64,000 nt of DNA from Thermodesulfobacteriota bacterium (GCA_035625415.1 DASPPQ010000068.1:23590-87589); one strand, 5' to 3'. Shown: positions 17,725 to 28,803, counted from the first letter of the stretch. Program-made: numbers and translations. The notes: generated by a model not told the origin, from the letters alone.

Positions 17725-19554
17725 ATGTTTATCCAAATCTGGCTTCTACCTTTTTGTTTACTCGCAGCAGCGACCCTGATCGCGTTCCCTTTGAGTCGCT
17801 ACATGGGGTGGATCATGGATGGGAAATACCGGCCTTTGCCGGTGCTGGGCTGGTTCGAAAAGCGTTTGGACAGTGGCTCCCAGAACTGGAAGCAGTATAC
17901 CATCGCATTGCTCATTTTCAACACGCTGATGTTCATCTATGGCTATGTGGTTCTGTCACTCCAGCAGTGGATGCCACTCAATCCGGACGGCAAGGGGATG
18001 ATTTTCCCCACGACTATCTTTCAAGCCGTGACCTCCTTCATGACGAACACGGACCTCCAGCACTATTCGGGCGAACAGGTTTTGTCAAACTTCAGCCAGA
18101 TTTTCTTTGCCATCTTTATGCTGTTTGTGTCTGCGGCGGTCGGCCTATGTGCACTGACTGCGATGATCCGACTCTTCCGTGGCGAGTCCAAAATTGGCAA
18201 CTTCTTTGTAGACATGTGGCGGGTGCTGGTTTACATGTTCGTGCCGACCGCCTTGATTCTCGCCTTCATCTTTATGGTCCAGGGTAGTCCGATGACCTTT
18301 AAAAGTTCTTACCAGGTTTCCACACTCGAACCTGCGGCCATGGGAACCACGGACAAGGGCGAGGCAAAGCAGCAGACGATCATAGTGGGGCCGGTGGCAG
18401 CATTCGAGTCTATGAAGATGCTTGGAACCAACGGGGGTGGATTTTACGGCATGAATTCCGCGCACCCATTTGAAAATCCGACGGGGTTCACGAATTTTTT
18501 CAACACTCTGGGCATGATGATCTTTCCGTTTGCCCTCGTGTTGATGTATGGCCGAATGCTCGGCCGGATGCGGCATGCCTACGTCATTTTCTCAGTCATG
18601 TTGGTGTTGATGGCTGGCACGATCGTCTGGGCAGTCTACTACGATACACTGAAACCAAACCCGGGATTAACCGGCCATCCTATTGCACGAACATACGAAA
18701 TTCCCAGTGGAACAGCACCGGGTGGAAAACGAGTAGTAAGTCTGCCAGCACTCCCAGGGCTGCCGGTGGACCAGTACCTGGGTAACCTTGAAGGGAAGGA
18801 AATGCGATTCGGGATTTCGGCAGGGGCCACCTTCGATGCACTGACGACAGATGTGACGTGCGGCGCGGTGAATGCAGAGGAGAACAGCCTCAACCCGATT
18901 GCAGCCTTGTCGCCCATGGTCGGGATGTGGCTCAACTGTATCTACGGCGGCAAGGGGGTAGGGATGATCAATCTGTTGCTCTACTTAATCATCGGGATCT
19001 TCGTGGCTGGGATGATGGTGGGCCGGACTCCCGAGTATCTGGGTAAGAAAATCGGGGGCCGGGAGGTGAAACTGGCAATCATCGCCCTGCTGGTCCACCC
19101 CTTCATGATTCTCTTCCCTACCGGGCTGTTTGCTGCGACAAGCTGGGGGCTCAAGGCAGTCAGCAACCCTGGTGCGGATGGCTTTTCACAAATCCTGTAC
19201 AACTTTTCCTCGGCCTCCGCCAATAATGGCTCGGCATTCGACGGATTATCAGTTGCCTATGGTTTGGTAAGTAATGCAAATCCGGCGCCGACAGCGATCC
19301 CATGGAATATCGCAGCGGGCCTCGTTGTCGTCTTCAGCCGTTATCTGCCGATTGTGGCGCCGATCGCCATGGCAGCATTTCTCGGAGAGAAGAAATCGAG
19401 CCCTTTTGGTCTGGGGACCCTGCGCGATGATACAGTTACCTTCGGTCTCCTCCTGATCGGGACGATTCTTATCGTCGGAGCGCTCCTTTTTTTGCCTGTC
19501 GCAGCACTGGGACCGCTTGCAGAACACTTAGGTCCCATTCCTTTCGGAGGCTGA
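17725..19554 (+). CDS. kdpA: Potassium-transporting ATPase subunit A
   Basis: 609 aa polytopic protein with typical KdpA selectivity-filter-like repeats (NGGGF region). Sits between kdpF and kdpB. Confidence 0.9.
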   Translation: MFIQIWLLPFCLLAAATLIAFPLSRYMGWIMDGKYRPLPVLGWFEKRLDSGSQNWKQYTIALLIFNTLMFIYGYVVLSLQQWMPLNPDGKGMIFPTTIFQAVTSFMTNTDLQHYSGEQVLSNFSQIFFAIFMLFVSAAVGLCALTAMIRLFRGESKIGNFFVDMWRVLVYMFVPTALILAFIFMVQGSPMTFKSSYQVSTLEPAAMGTTDKGEAKQQTIIVGPVAAFESMKMLGTNGGGFYGMNSAHPFENPTGFTNFFNTLGMMIFPFALVLMYGRMLGRMRHAYVIFSVMLVLMAGTIVWAVYYDTLKPNPGLTGHPIARTYEIPSGTAPGGKRVVSLPALPGLPVDQYLGNLEGKEMRFGISAGATFDALTTDVTCGAVNAEENSLNPIAALSPMVGMWLNCIYGGKGVGMINLLLYLIIGIFVAGMMVGRTPEYLGKKIGGREVKLAIIALLVHPFMILFPTGLFAATSWGLKAVSNPGADGFSQILYNFSSASANNGSAFDGLSVAYGLVSNANPAPTAIPWNIAAGLVVVFSRYLPIVAPIAMAAFLGEKKSSPFGLGTLRDDTVTFGLLLIGTILIVGALLFLPVAALGPLAEHLGPIPFGG

Positions 19555-19754
19555 CCAGGAAGCCTTTATGGCTGCTTATTAAGAAACTTCATTGGTGCCC
19601 TAACAATGATGAATTGCGAGATGAATCAAAGGAGTCCGATATGAATAGAGTACCCGATAGTAAAGAAACCGTGGAGACAGTTCCCTTCAGTTCGGAGCAG
19701 CCGCGATCACTGCGCCGTGTGAAGCCAAGAGGGTTGATAGAAAAGGAAACCGGG

Positions 19755-21803
19755 ATGGCGGCCTTGAAACAGGCTTTCGTGATGCTGCGGCCTGATATCC
19801 AATGGAAGAATCCTGTGATGTTTGTGGTCGAGGTGGGCGCCTTTCTGACCCTTCTGTTTATCGTACAGGCGGCATGGGGTAGGCAGACCAGTCAGGTTCC
19901 GATTGCGTATTTTATCGCCCTTGACGCATGGCTTTTTCTGACGGTTTTGTTTGCGAATTTTGCAACAGCCCTTGCCGAGGCTCGTGGTAAAGCCCAGGCC
20001 GATTCACTCAGGCGAGCCCGTCACGACACGGTGGCCTACCGTTTGAATGTTGCCGGAGCCGTCGAGGAAGTTTCCTCGACGGTTTTGAAACTTGGCGATC
20101 GGGTGGTCATACAGGCAGGGCAAACGATTCCCGGGGACGGGGAGATCATTGAAGGGATCGCCTCCGTGGATGAGTCGGCGATTACTGGCGAATCGGCGCC
20201 GGTCATCCGCGCCGCGGGCGGCGACCGATCGGGCGTGACCGGAGGCACCGTGGTCCTTTCGGATCGGATCATTGTTCGGATTACCAGCGGGGCTGGTGAT
20301 TCGTTCCTCGACCGTATGATCGCGCTGGTGGAAGGGGCCATCCGTCAGCGATCTCCGAATGAGATTGCTCTCACATTATTACTGTCGGCCTTTACACTGG
20401 TCTTCTTGATCGTCGTCATTCCGCTTTGGCCCATGGCCTGGAACGCCGAACAGTATATGATGGGATATCTAGGTCTCCAAGAACCCTTGAGGAGTCTCGG
20501 CACGGATGTTCCGACCCTCATTGCGCTCCTGGTCTGCCTCATCCCCACTACGATTGGCGCTTTGCTTGCAGCCATCGGGATTGCAGGCATGGATCGCGCG
20601 CTACAGGCCAACATCATCGCTAAGAGTGGCAAGGCAGTGGAGTTAGCTGGTGACATCGACGTTGTGCTCCTCGACAAGACGGGCACGATCACGATAGGGA
20701 ACCGGAACGCAACAACCTTCTTGCCAATCGGAAAGTATTCGGCTGCCGACGTTGGGCGGCTTGCTGCCATAGCGTCCGCCGCTGACGAGACTCCTGAGGG
20801 AAAGAGCATCGTCAGGTTGTTCGAGAAGCAAAGCCGAACTCCGGTCATCGTGCCGCCGGACGCCCAGTTTGTGCCATTTACAGCCCAAACGCGCATGAGC
20901 GGCATCGATCTTCCTGACGGCCGGCGAATACGAAAAGGAGCGCCAGACGCCATCACGAAATTCGTCGAGAGCAAGCAAGGCAGCGTGCCGGGTGATCTCA
21001 ATGCATTGGTTGATAGCGTCGCATCCAAAGGGGCAACGCCCTTAGTCGTGGCTGATGACGGCCACATTGCGGGTCTGGTCGTTCTTGAGGATATCCTGAA
21101 ACCTCATATGCGGGAGCGCTTCGTGCGGCTGAGGAAGATGGGACTTAGGACCGTCATGATCACCGGGGATAACCCTCTCACGGCTGCGACCATTGCCGCA
21201 CGAGCAGGGGTCGATGACTTTCTCGCCCAGGCCACGCCCGAGACCAAGCTCTCTTATATCCGTAAGGAGCAGGCTGGTGGAAAGCTTGTCGCCATGATGG
21301 GAGACGGCACGAACGACGCACCGGCTCTGGCCCAGGCGGACGTTGCCCTCGCCATGAACGCAGGTACGCAGGCAGCTAAAGAAGCGGCCAACATGGTCGA
21401 TTTGGACAGTGACCCCACCAAGTTGATCGAGGTGGTAGAAGTGGGAAAGCAGCTTTTGATAACGCGAGGCGCCTTGACGACCTTCTCAATAGCCAATGAC
21501 GTGGCCAAATACTTTGCGATTATTCCAGCGCTATTTGCAGGGACTTTGCCATGGCTCAAGGCGGTTGACATCATGCATCTGCATTCACCGACCTCAGCCA
21601 TCCTGTCGGCTATCATCTTTAACGCGCTCATCATCCCTGCGCTCATCCCCGTCGCACTCAAAGGAGTTAAATACCGGCCTCTCGGTGCCGATGCTCTGTT
21701 GCGCAGGAACCTTCTGATCTGGGGACTGGGAGGCGTGATTCTACCGTTTATCGGCATCAAACTGATTGATCTCATCATGGTGGGTTTTCATTTGACCATT
21801 TGA
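19755..21803 (+). CDS. kdpB: Potassium-transporting ATPase subunit B (P-type ATPase)
   Basis: DKTGTIT phosphorylation motif, TGDN and [10 protein letters not shown], about 682 aa from the Met at 19755. The ORF could start earlier, at 19614 or 19641. Confidence 0.9.
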   Translation: MAALKQAFVMLRPDIQWKNPVMFVVEVGAFLTLLFIVQAAWGRQTSQVPIAYFIALDAWLFLTVLFANFATALAEARGKAQADSLRRARHDTVAYRLNVAGAVEEVSSTVLKLGDRVVIQAGQTIPGDGEIIEGIASVDESAITGESAPVIRAAGGDRSGVTGGTVVLSDRIIVRITSGAGDSFLDRMIALVEGAIRQRSPNEIALTLLLSAFTLVFLIVVIPLWPMAWNAEQYMMGYLGLQEPLRSLGTDVPTLIALLVCLIPTTIGALLAAIGIAGMDRALQANIIAKSGKAVELAGDIDVVLLDKTGTITIGNRNATTFLPIGKYSAADVGRLAAIASAADETPEGKSIVRLFEKQSRTPVIVPPDAQFVPFTAQTRMSGIDLPDGRRIRKGAPDAITKFVESKQGSVPGDLNALVDSVASKGATPLVVADDGHIAGLVVLEDILKPHMRERFVRLRKMGLRTVMITGDNPLTAATIAARAGVDDFLAQATPETKLSYIRKEQAGGKLVAMMGDGTNDAPALAQADVALAMNAGTQAAKEAANMVDLDSDPTKLIEVVEVGKQLLITRGALTTFSIANDVAKYFAIIPALFAGTLPWLKAVDIMHLHSPTSAILSAIIFNALIIPALIPVALKGVKYRPLGADALLRRNLLIWGLGGVILPFIGIKLIDLIMVGFHLTI

Positions 21804-21873
21804 TTTGAAGTGAAGCAAGCCTGCCAATCCACCCCGGTCCAGACCGCGAGCGGTGCAGGCAAGGAGGCATAAT

Positions 21874-22893
21874 ATGTTACAAACCCTTTGGAAGAGCATT
21901 TTGTTGCTGTTATTTGCTGTGGTCATCTGTTGCGTTCTTTACCCGCTGGTTTTATGGGTGATCGGACAGGCCGCCTTTTCCTTTCGGGCTAACGGCAGTC
22001 TGCTGAGAGGTCCCGACGGCAAACCGGTGGGATCGCGGCTTATTGCACAACCCTTTACCAAGGACGAATACTTTCAGCCCCGCCCCTCTGCAGCGTCTTA
22101 CGATGCGTCTGCCTCTTCCTCGTCATCCTTGTCCGCCTCCAACTACGCGCTGCGCGACCGGGTCGCCCGGGCACTTGGTCCAATTGTGAAATATCGAAGT
22201 GGCCCCAAAGTCAGACAGCCTGTGGCACTGGACATCGAAAACTGGTTTCAAAAGGATATATTCCAAGGCAAGCCTCACATCGTGGCTCAGTGGGCGGACC
22301 TGCACAACGGCCTGGCGCAAGCGTGGGTCAAGGCGGACCCCAAGAATGGCGCATATGTAGACGGTTGGACAAAGGCTCATCCAGCTATAGTCGCCCAATG
22401 GATCAAGGACAATCCCGGTACGCCTCAACCAAAGGCCGATGATTTGGCCGTCGTGTTCTTTGTGAACTTCTCCACGGAGAACCCCGGTAGATTCCCTTCT
22501 CTTGTCAGCCGCACAGGAGCCGATGGCAAGACCAAAACAACGATTGAACCGGTCAAGGAGGGGTCCGATATTCAATCGATCTTCTTTGACATGTGGCGGC
22601 AGGATCATCCCGAGGCTGACCTTCAGGACGTTCCCGGCGATCTGGTAACCACTTCCGGTTCCGGGCTCGATCCCCATATTACGCTTCAAAACGCCGAGTT
22701 TCAATTGGATCGGATCGCCTCGAAATGGGCCGCCAACTTAAAACGCGATCCGAAGGTAGTCCAAAAAGAGATTGAGGAGATATTGCAGGAAAACGCTTCG
22801 GCCCCATGGTTTGGGCTCGCGGGTGAGAAGCTCGTGAATGTCCTTGAGGTCAATCTCGAACTTCGGAGGCGGTACGGAGCACCATCGCCATAA
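21874..22893 (+). CDS. kdpC: Potassium-transporting ATPase subunit C with a roughly 150-aa internal insertion
   Basis: N-terminus (VLYPLVLWVIGQAAFSFRANGSL) and C-terminus (TTSGSGLDPHITLQNAEF...VNVLEVNLELRR) match KdpC. The middle segment (about residues 95-245) has no counterpart in 190-aa KdpC proteins. Confidence 0.75.
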   Translation: MLQTLWKSILLLLFAVVICCVLYPLVLWVIGQAAFSFRANGSLLRGPDGKPVGSRLIAQPFTKDEYFQPRPSAASYDASASSSSSLSASNYALRDRVARALGPIVKYRSGPKVRQPVALDIENWFQKDIFQGKPHIVAQWADLHNGLAQAWVKADPKNGAYVDGWTKAHPAIVAQWIKDNPGTPQPKADDLAVVFFVNFSTENPGRFPSLVSRTGADGKTKTTIEPVKEGSDIQSIFFDMWRQDHPEADLQDVPGDLVTTSGSGLDPHITLQNAEFQLDRIASKWAANLKRDPKVVQKEIEEILQENASAPWFGLAGEKLVNVLEVNLELRRRYGAPSP

Positions 22894-22959
22894 GTGGGTA
22901 ACGCAAGATCGGGCAGGGATAGCCTTTATAGACATGGAGACATAAGTCCTGTGGGGTTT

Positions 22960-23024
22960 GTCATTCCGGGCTTGACCCGGAATCCAGTTATTTCCCCCCT
23001 GGATTCCTGCTTCGTAGGAATGAC
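22960..23024. repeat. Nested-stem structured element X1 (outer GTCATTCC/GGAATGAC, inner GGAATCCAG/CTGGATTC, two local hairpins)
   Basis: gtcattcc-gggcttgaccc-ggaatccag-ttatttcccccc-ctggattc-ctgcttcgtag-gaatgac. A second copy with compensatory hairpin changes is at 38070-38145. Confidence 0.5.
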
Positions 23025-23087
23025 GTCCTTTGGTGCTATAAATGGCGCTGTGTATAGAACAGGGAAGAATTAATGGGGGAGGGGAGG

Positions 23088-24383
23088 ATGAAAAAGAGAT
23101 TAATAGGTTTGAGTCTGGCGGTGTTGATAATCCTCACATTTGGAATGAATGCACACGCCGAAGAGGCATCTTCATCGACTTCAGACAAAGAGACTCAGGA
23201 GGTAAAGCCGTCGGAGGCACCGGCACCGCCACCCGGACTGTTGATGAGTCTTTTGGGAAAGGCGGGATTGGCCCAACCTTTGGACAAGGCCGGGATTAAC
23301 ATCTACGGCTACATCGAAGGCGGTTACTTTCATGACTTCCGTGTGCCGGGGACTGGCCATGGTCCAACCTTCATCGGGTTTAATAGCTACAAGGACGCAG
23401 TTACCCTTGACAAGATCAGTCTGAATGTGGAGCGCACGGTTGATCCGGCCAAGAAGCAGTTTGACTTCGGGTTCCACGTGGAAGGTATTTATGGGACGGA
23501 TGCCGCGTTCGTCCATTCGAATGGGCTCTTTGACTCACAGACGGGCCGCTATCAAGGAGACCTTCTCCAAGCCTATGTGGACCTGACCCTTCCCGACCTG
23601 CCGGTAAGAATCCGCGCGGGCAAGTGGCTCGCACTGGAGGGCTTTGAGCAATTTAGCGCCAACATCTACGGGGCCTTCGGCGATCCGGCCAGGGCCCTCT
23701 ATTCCTATAGCTACCAGTATCTCTACGCCGAGCCTTTTACTCAGACGGGCATTCTTGTCACCACGGTGCTCAGCCCGCAGTGGTCATTTGACGCCGGCTT
23801 CACGCGGGGCTGGAACCAGTCGGTTAAAGACGCCAATGGTGTCCTGGACTTTTTGGGCCGCATCACGTTTACGCCCAGCGACAAGACCTCCATCGTTCTC
23901 GTTATGACGGAAGGCCCAGAATTTCCGGCGGGTTTCGGACACAATCTGCCTAAAGGCGACCCCCACCACTGGTGGACCGCGTTGGACCTAGTGGTCACCC
24001 AGAAAATTACTGACAAATTGAGCCTGGGCTTGGGTGGTGATTACGTCTATGCTTCGCAGATCCCCGGATTGACAGGCGGTTCGAAGCAGTGGGGAGGTGT
24101 GGCTGGCTATGCGAGCTATGCATTTGGTCCGCATTTCACGTTCAATACCCGACTGGAGTGGTACAGAGATGCGGCCAACGGCTTCTCCGACGGGGCGCCC
24201 GTCAGGGCCAACTATTATGAGGCCACGGTGGGTGTAGCCATTAAGCCTTTCCCGAATGACAAATTCCTCTCGAAGTGGCTGTTCAGACCGGAAGTGCGTT
24301 ACGACCGCGCTGATCACTCGGTCTTCGACGGGGGAGACAGAAATCAGATCACCTTCAGCGTGGATGCCCTCTTCACCTTTTAG
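23088..24383 (+). CDS. Outer-membrane beta-barrel (porin-like) protein with signal peptide
   Basis: MKKRLIGLSLAVLIILTFGMNAHA signal. Alternating amphipathic beta-strand pattern. C-terminal aromatic FTF. Inserted between kdpC and kdpD. Confidence 0.5.
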   Translation: MKKRLIGLSLAVLIILTFGMNAHAEEASSSTSDKETQEVKPSEAPAPPPGLLMSLLGKAGLAQPLDKAGINIYGYIEGGYFHDFRVPGTGHGPTFIGFNSYKDAVTLDKISLNVERTVDPAKKQFDFGFHVEGIYGTDAAFVHSNGLFDSQTGRYQGDLLQAYVDLTLPDLPVRIRAGKWLALEGFEQFSANIYGAFGDPARALYSYSYQYLYAEPFTQTGILVTTVLSPQWSFDAGFTRGWNQSVKDANGVLDFLGRITFTPSDKTSIVLVMTEGPEFPAGFGHNLPKGDPHHWWTALDLVVTQKITDKLSLGLGGDYVYASQIPGLTGGSKQWGGVAGYASYAFGPHFTFNTRLEWYRDAANGFSDGAPVRANYYEATVGVAIKPFPNDKFLSKWLFRPEVRYDRADHSVFDGGDRNQITFSVDALFTF

Positions 24384-24549
24384 GATCGGTCTTAGATCCC
24401 ATATCCGATCTTATCCTTTAGGTTATAACCCCTTTCTGGTATAATACGTGACGTTTCTGCGGGGCTTGTTTACATGCGGCGTGTAGATTAAGCTAAAGAG
24501 CGGCTCCGTTGGAATTGGATGATCCAGAATAAGGAGACGGGCTTAGAGG

Positions 24550-26601
24550 ATGGAAATACAGAAAAACGATAAAGATGCCGCAAGACCAGATCCAGACGCC
24601 CTCTTAAAGGAAGTTCAGCGTGAGGAAGAAAAAAGGGGGAGATTAAAAATATTTCTCGGTTATGCGCCGGGCGTGGGAAAAACTTACGCAATGCTTAACG
24701 AAGCACGCATATTGAAGAAAAGGGGGGAAGATGTTGTGGTCGGCGTTGTGGAGACTCACGGCCGCGTCGAAACGGAGGAATTACTTAAAGGACTGGAGGT
24801 AATTCCACGACGGGGTGCGGAATATCAGGGTATTGTCCTCGAAGAATTGGATATCGATGCCATACTCGCACGAAAGCCTTCGGTTGCTTTACTAGATGAA
24901 CTTGCCCACAGTAATGCCCCGGGCAGCCGCCATCCGAAGCGATACCAGGATATTGAGGAATTACTCGACAACGGCATTGATGTCTACACAACGGTGAACG
25001 TGCAACACTTCGAAAGCCTGAACGATGTCTTGGAAAAGATTACGGGAATTCGGACGCAGGAGACATTGCCCGATACCTTTTTAGATCGCGCTGACGAGGT
25101 TCAGGTGATTGACGTCCCTCTGGAAGAGCTCTTTGAGAGGCTGAAAGAAGGAAAGGTATACATTCCCAAGCAGGCCGAATTGGCGATGCAGAATTTCTTT
25201 CAGCGGGGCAATCTTGTTGCCTTGCGGGAACTCATGCTCACCCATGCAGCCCACAAAATGGATACCGAGCTTCTGAATTATATGAGGGCAAAGGCTATTT
25301 CCGGCCCCTGGCCAGCGGGGGAGAGAGTGATGGTCTGCATCGCCCCGAGTCCTTATGCAAAACAACTGCTACGCAAGGGTTACCAGATTGCGAAAGATGC
25401 GCATGCCGAATGGTATGCCGTGCATGTTTCCACACCTGCCCTGAAGGAGATGTCGGATAAGGACAAGGCTTACATCGCCGAGGCATTGAATCTCGCAGAA
25501 GAATTGGGGGCAAAAATTGCAACCCTTTCCGGAACGGATGTCGCAAATGAAATCGTCCGTTTTGCCCGTGAATATAATATTAACCATATCGTCATCGGAA
25601 AGCCTCTTCACTCGATGTTGCTTGGATTCTGGAAGGGCTCACCAGCCTCCCGCCTGCTGCATACTCCGAGCGAGTTTGAGCTGCATCTGATCACGCCAAC
25701 CGTTGAAAAGAGAGAGATAGAGGTAAAGCCAACCCCCGAACGGCTTACGCTCAATCCCAAAGAGTATGTCCTGACCGCCCTTATGGTCGTTGCTGTGACC
25801 TTATTGAACTTTTTCCTTCAGGGATTCGTCAATCGCATCGCTCTGGTTTACATCTACTTGATTGTGACGATTGCGGCTGCCCTGCTTTTCGGCACCGGGC
25901 CTTCGGTATTTTCCTCGATCATCAGCCTGCTCACTTTCGATTTTTTCTTTACAGAGCCGAAATACAGCTTCACCACGTACCATCCGCATGACGTCATTAA
26001 TATCTTAGTCTTCTTCCTCACCTCAGTCATTGTTGGTCAGCTTGCCAAGATAACCAAAAGGCAGAATCTTCTTTTGCAGCTTCGCCTTAGGCGAGTGACC
26101 CTCATTGAAGAGATAAGCAAGGAGTTCTTGATGCTCCCTCCCGTTGAACAACTTGTGGGGGGAATGGTTCAAAATTCGAGCGAATGGGAAAATGTTTTGA
26201 CCCTGTTTCGTACCACTGTTCTCGATCACATCAGTCATATTGCGATTAAGTACCTGTCGAGGATTATGGATGCACCCTCCTTTGTCCTTTTTATCGGGAG
26301 GGGCAAGAGACTCCAGATCTGGGCTCGAAGCAGACCGGATATTGACCTCACGCCTAATGAGATGGCGGTTGCCGAGTGGACCTATGCACACGGTGAGCCA
26401 GCTGGAGCTGGGACGCAGACGCTGCCGAGCGTTAAGGTCTTCTTTGTCCCTATGAAAACGCTTGAAGAGACCATTGGTGTCATCGGGATTCAGTTCGATT
26501 TTAAGAATCTTCTGCTTGATCAGCGGCGGCTTCTGGGTGTCATCTCCAATCTCTCAGCCCTTGCTGCTTCAAGATGGGTCAAACCATGGTCTGCCAGCTA
26601 A
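24550..26601 (+). CDS. kdpD: KdpD-type osmosensor lacking the histidine-kinase module (KdpD N-terminal domain + USP + TM + GAF only)
   Basis: LKIFLGYAPGVGKTYAML...VVGVVETHGR...LDELAHSNAPGSRHPKRYQDIEELL matches the KdpD N-terminal domain. A USP-like segment, four predicted TM helices and a GAF-like segment follow. No HisKA/HATPase region. No kdpE in the window. Confidence 0.8.
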   Translation: MEIQKNDKDAARPDPDALLKEVQREEEKRGRLKIFLGYAPGVGKTYAMLNEARILKKRGEDVVVGVVETHGRVETEELLKGLEVIPRRGAEYQGIVLEELDIDAILARKPSVALLDELAHSNAPGSRHPKRYQDIEELLDNGIDVYTTVNVQHFESLNDVLEKITGIRTQETLPDTFLDRADEVQVIDVPLEELFERLKEGKVYIPKQAELAMQNFFQRGNLVALRELMLTHAAHKMDTELLNYMRAKAISGPWPAGERVMVCIAPSPYAKQLLRKGYQIAKDAHAEWYAVHVSTPALKEMSDKDKAYIAEALNLAEELGAKIATLSGTDVANEIVRFAREYNINHIVIGKPLHSMLLGFWKGSPASRLLHTPSEFELHLITPTVEKREIEVKPTPERLTLNPKEYVLTALMVVAVTLLNFFLQGFVNRIALVYIYLIVTIAAALLFGTGPSVFSSIISLLTFDFFFTEPKYSFTTYHPHDVINILVFFLTSVIVGQLAKITKRQNLLLQLRLRRVTLIEEISKEFLMLPPVEQLVGGMVQNSSEWENVLTLFRTTVLDHISHIAIKYLSRIMDAPSFVLFIGRGKRLQIWARSRPDIDLTPNEMAVAEWTYAHGEPAGAGTQTLPSVKVFFVPMKTLEETIGVIGIQFDFKNLLLDQRRLLGVISNLSALAASRWVKPWSAS

Positions 26602-26659
26602 ATTGCTTGACCGGTAAACGCCACGCAAGCCTCAGCTTGCAGCCGAAGGAGAATAATCT

Positions 26660-27868
26660 ATGAGCGACTTCTATCAAGCCGGGGTCATCACCACACTCCA
26701 TCGATTGAAGAAGATTAATCTGGAACGCATGGAAATGGAACTGGAGTTCTATTCACGATACAATCCGATTGCGCTGATACTTCCCTCCCTCTCTTCAGAG
26801 TTAAAGGAGAACGCTCTCAAGACAATCGTCTCAGAGATTCAAAAGGTTAAATACATCAGTGAGGTGATTGTCACCTTAGGGAGAGCAAATGAAAAAGATT
26901 TTGCCTCTGCCAAGGAATTTTTCTCTGTACTTCCACAGCGGACGATCGTCATCTGGAATGATGGGCCAAGGATTCATTCCCTTTACGATATCCTGACCAA
27001 GAATGATATTTCAGCAGGAGAAGATGGAAAAGGACGCTCTACCTGGATGGCCTTTGGTTATGTCCTGGCAAACGAAAAGAGCAACGTCATCGTGCTTCAC
27101 GATTGCGACATCCTAAGTTACGATCGGGAGTTTTTAGCTCGATTGTGCTACCCAGTGGTCAACCCTAATCTGGGCTATGAGTTCTGTAAGGGATATTATA
27201 GTCGCGTTACAAACAAGATGCATGGGAGGGTCACCCGGCTCTTTGTGACCCCTCTCATCCGATCTCTGGAGCGACTTTTAGGATACCTCCCCTTCTTGGT
27301 TTATCTCGACAGTTTTCGATACCCATTGGCAGGAGAATTTTCAATGATTACGGATTTGGCCCGAATTAACCGTATTCCCTGGGATTGGGGACTGGAGGTT
27401 GGAGTTCTATCAGAGGTCTTTCGTAACTGCTCCTTGAGAAGGATCTGCCAGGTCGATTTGACGGATAATTATGAACATAAACACCAGGAGCTTTCCACAG
27501 AAGATCCCAATAGAGGCCTTCTAAAAATGTCCATCGATATTGCGAAAAATCTTTTTCGAAACTTAGCCAGTGAGGGCATTGATCTTTCCGAAAGCCTGCT
27601 GAAAACATTGAAGGCCACTTATCTAAGAACGGCTCAAGAAACTATTACAAAATATCATGATGATGCTGCCATTAATGGCCTCGATTTTGATCGTCATGAG
27701 GAAGGGGTGGCCGTAGAAACCTTTACCAAGGGAATCGAACTGGCAAGTAAAGCCTTCGTGGAAGACCCTCTAAGCATTCCCATCATCTCCGCTTGGAACA
27801 GGGTTACCTCCGCGATCCCGGACTTTTTGGAGAGGCTGAAGAATGCTACCGACGACGACAACACGTAA
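26660..27868 (+). CDS. mpgS: Mannosyl-3-phosphoglycerate synthase (GT55-like)
   Basis: 402 aa. YDILTKNDISAGEDGKGRSTWMAFGYVLA and VIVLHDCD resemble the Pyrococcus/Thermus MpgS motifs ([30 protein letters not shown]). The stop overlaps the start of the phosphatase gene. Confidence 0.6.
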   Translation: MSDFYQAGVITTLHRLKKINLERMEMELEFYSRYNPIALILPSLSSELKENALKTIVSEIQKVKYISEVIVTLGRANEKDFASAKEFFSVLPQRTIVIWNDGPRIHSLYDILTKNDISAGEDGKGRSTWMAFGYVLANEKSNVIVLHDCDILSYDREFLARLCYPVVNPNLGYEFCKGYYSRVTNKMHGRVTRLFVTPLIRSLERLLGYLPFLVYLDSFRYPLAGEFSMITDLARINRIPWDWGLEVGVLSEVFRNCSLRRICQVDLTDNYEHKHQELSTEDPNRGLLKMSIDIAKNLFRNLASEGIDLSESLLKTLKATYLRTAQETITKYHDDAAINGLDFDRHEEGVAVETFTKGIELASKAFVEDPLSIPIISAWNRVTSAIPDFLERLKNATDDDNT

Positions 27869-28682
27869 ACTCGTGATCTTTACAGATCTGGATGGCACTT
27901 TACTCGATCGGGATACCTATTCATTTGAACCCGCCTTGCCTGCCCTTAATCTAATTAAACAGAAAGGTATTCCTCTTATTCTTTCGAGCAGCAAGACCGG
28001 GAACGAGATTGAGCTATTCCAAAAACAATTGGAAAATAGCCACCCCTTTGTTTCCGAAAATGGAGGAGCGATCTTCGTCCCCAAAGATTATTTTTCCTTT
28101 CCGTTCCATTACGACAGAGCATTGGGGGATTATTTCGTTATGGAATTGGGGGCGCCTTATTCCATCATTACTGAAGTCTTAGATTCGATTAGAAAAGAGA
28201 CGGGGATTTCAATAAAAGGCTTCTCTGATTTCACCGAGGAGGAACTGTCTTCCCTTTGCGGGTTGGGCCAGAAAGAGGCGGCGTTTGCTAAGAAGAGAGA
28301 GTACGATGAGCCATTCGTGATCGAAGGCGAAGAGAAAGAATCCGAAATAGTGAAAAGAAAGATAAAAGACAGGGGGATGCACTATGCTTGGGGGGGGAGG
28401 TTTCATCATATCTTCGGAAAAAACGACAAAGGAAAGGCCGTTGAGATTTTGAAAGAACTCTATGAGACTCAATTTTTCTCAATTTTTACGGTGGGGATTG
28501 GAGATAGCCTGAACGACCTGCCCATGTTGTCAATAGTCGATTATCCAATCTTTCTTAAAAAGAAGGCTGATCTCCTACCAGAAACGCTATCGCCGATTCA
28601 AAATGTCAGGGTCATAAATGGGGGAGGTTCCGAGGCCTGGAACGAAGTAATTCTGAGCGTAGTCCACGCGTTAGAAATTTGA
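27843..28682 (+). CDS. mpgP: Mannosyl-3-phosphoglycerate phosphatase (HAD-IIB, YedP family)
   Basis: LVIFTDLDGTLLD...GIPLILSSSKTGNEI...GIGDSLNDLPML is the characteristic MPGP-family pattern. Confidence 0.75.
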   Translation: MLPTTTTRKLVIFTDLDGTLLDRDTYSFEPALPALNLIKQKGIPLILSSSKTGNEIELFQKQLENSHPFVSENGGAIFVPKDYFSFPFHYDRALGDYFVMELGAPYSIITEVLDSIRKETGISIKGFSDFTEEELSSLCGLGQKEAAFAKKREYDEPFVIEGEEKESEIVKRKIKDRGMHYAWGGRFHHIFGKNDKGKAVEILKELYETQFFSIFTVGIGDSLNDLPMLSIVDYPIFLKKKADLLPETLSPIQNVRVINGGGSEAWNEVILSVVHALEI

Positions 28683-28702
28683 CCGGAGAGTACCCCGCAA
28701 TC

Positions 28703-28722
28703 CCCGCCCTTCAGGGCGGGGT
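28703..28722 (+). terminator. GC-rich hairpin after mpgP (ccccgccc ttca gggcgggg), no T-run
   Basis: Perfect 8-bp stem 20 nt after the stop. A second hairpin gctccgccc tttg gggcggagagc lies at about 28770-28793. Confidence 0.3.
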
Positions 28723-28803
28723 CAGGGGGTACAATATAAAAGAAACAGCATGCCGGAAAGCTCCGCCCTTTGGGGCGGAGAGCTTTACTTCGAAGGTAAA
28801 CCG

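Noticed and set aside
20345-21067. 240-aa minus-strand ORF inside kdpB and similar antisense ORFs (e.g. 8229-9065, 22123-22704, 49140-49757)
   Set aside because: They run antisense to well-supported genes and have Arg/Ser/Pro-rich translations typical of GC-skewed antisense frames.
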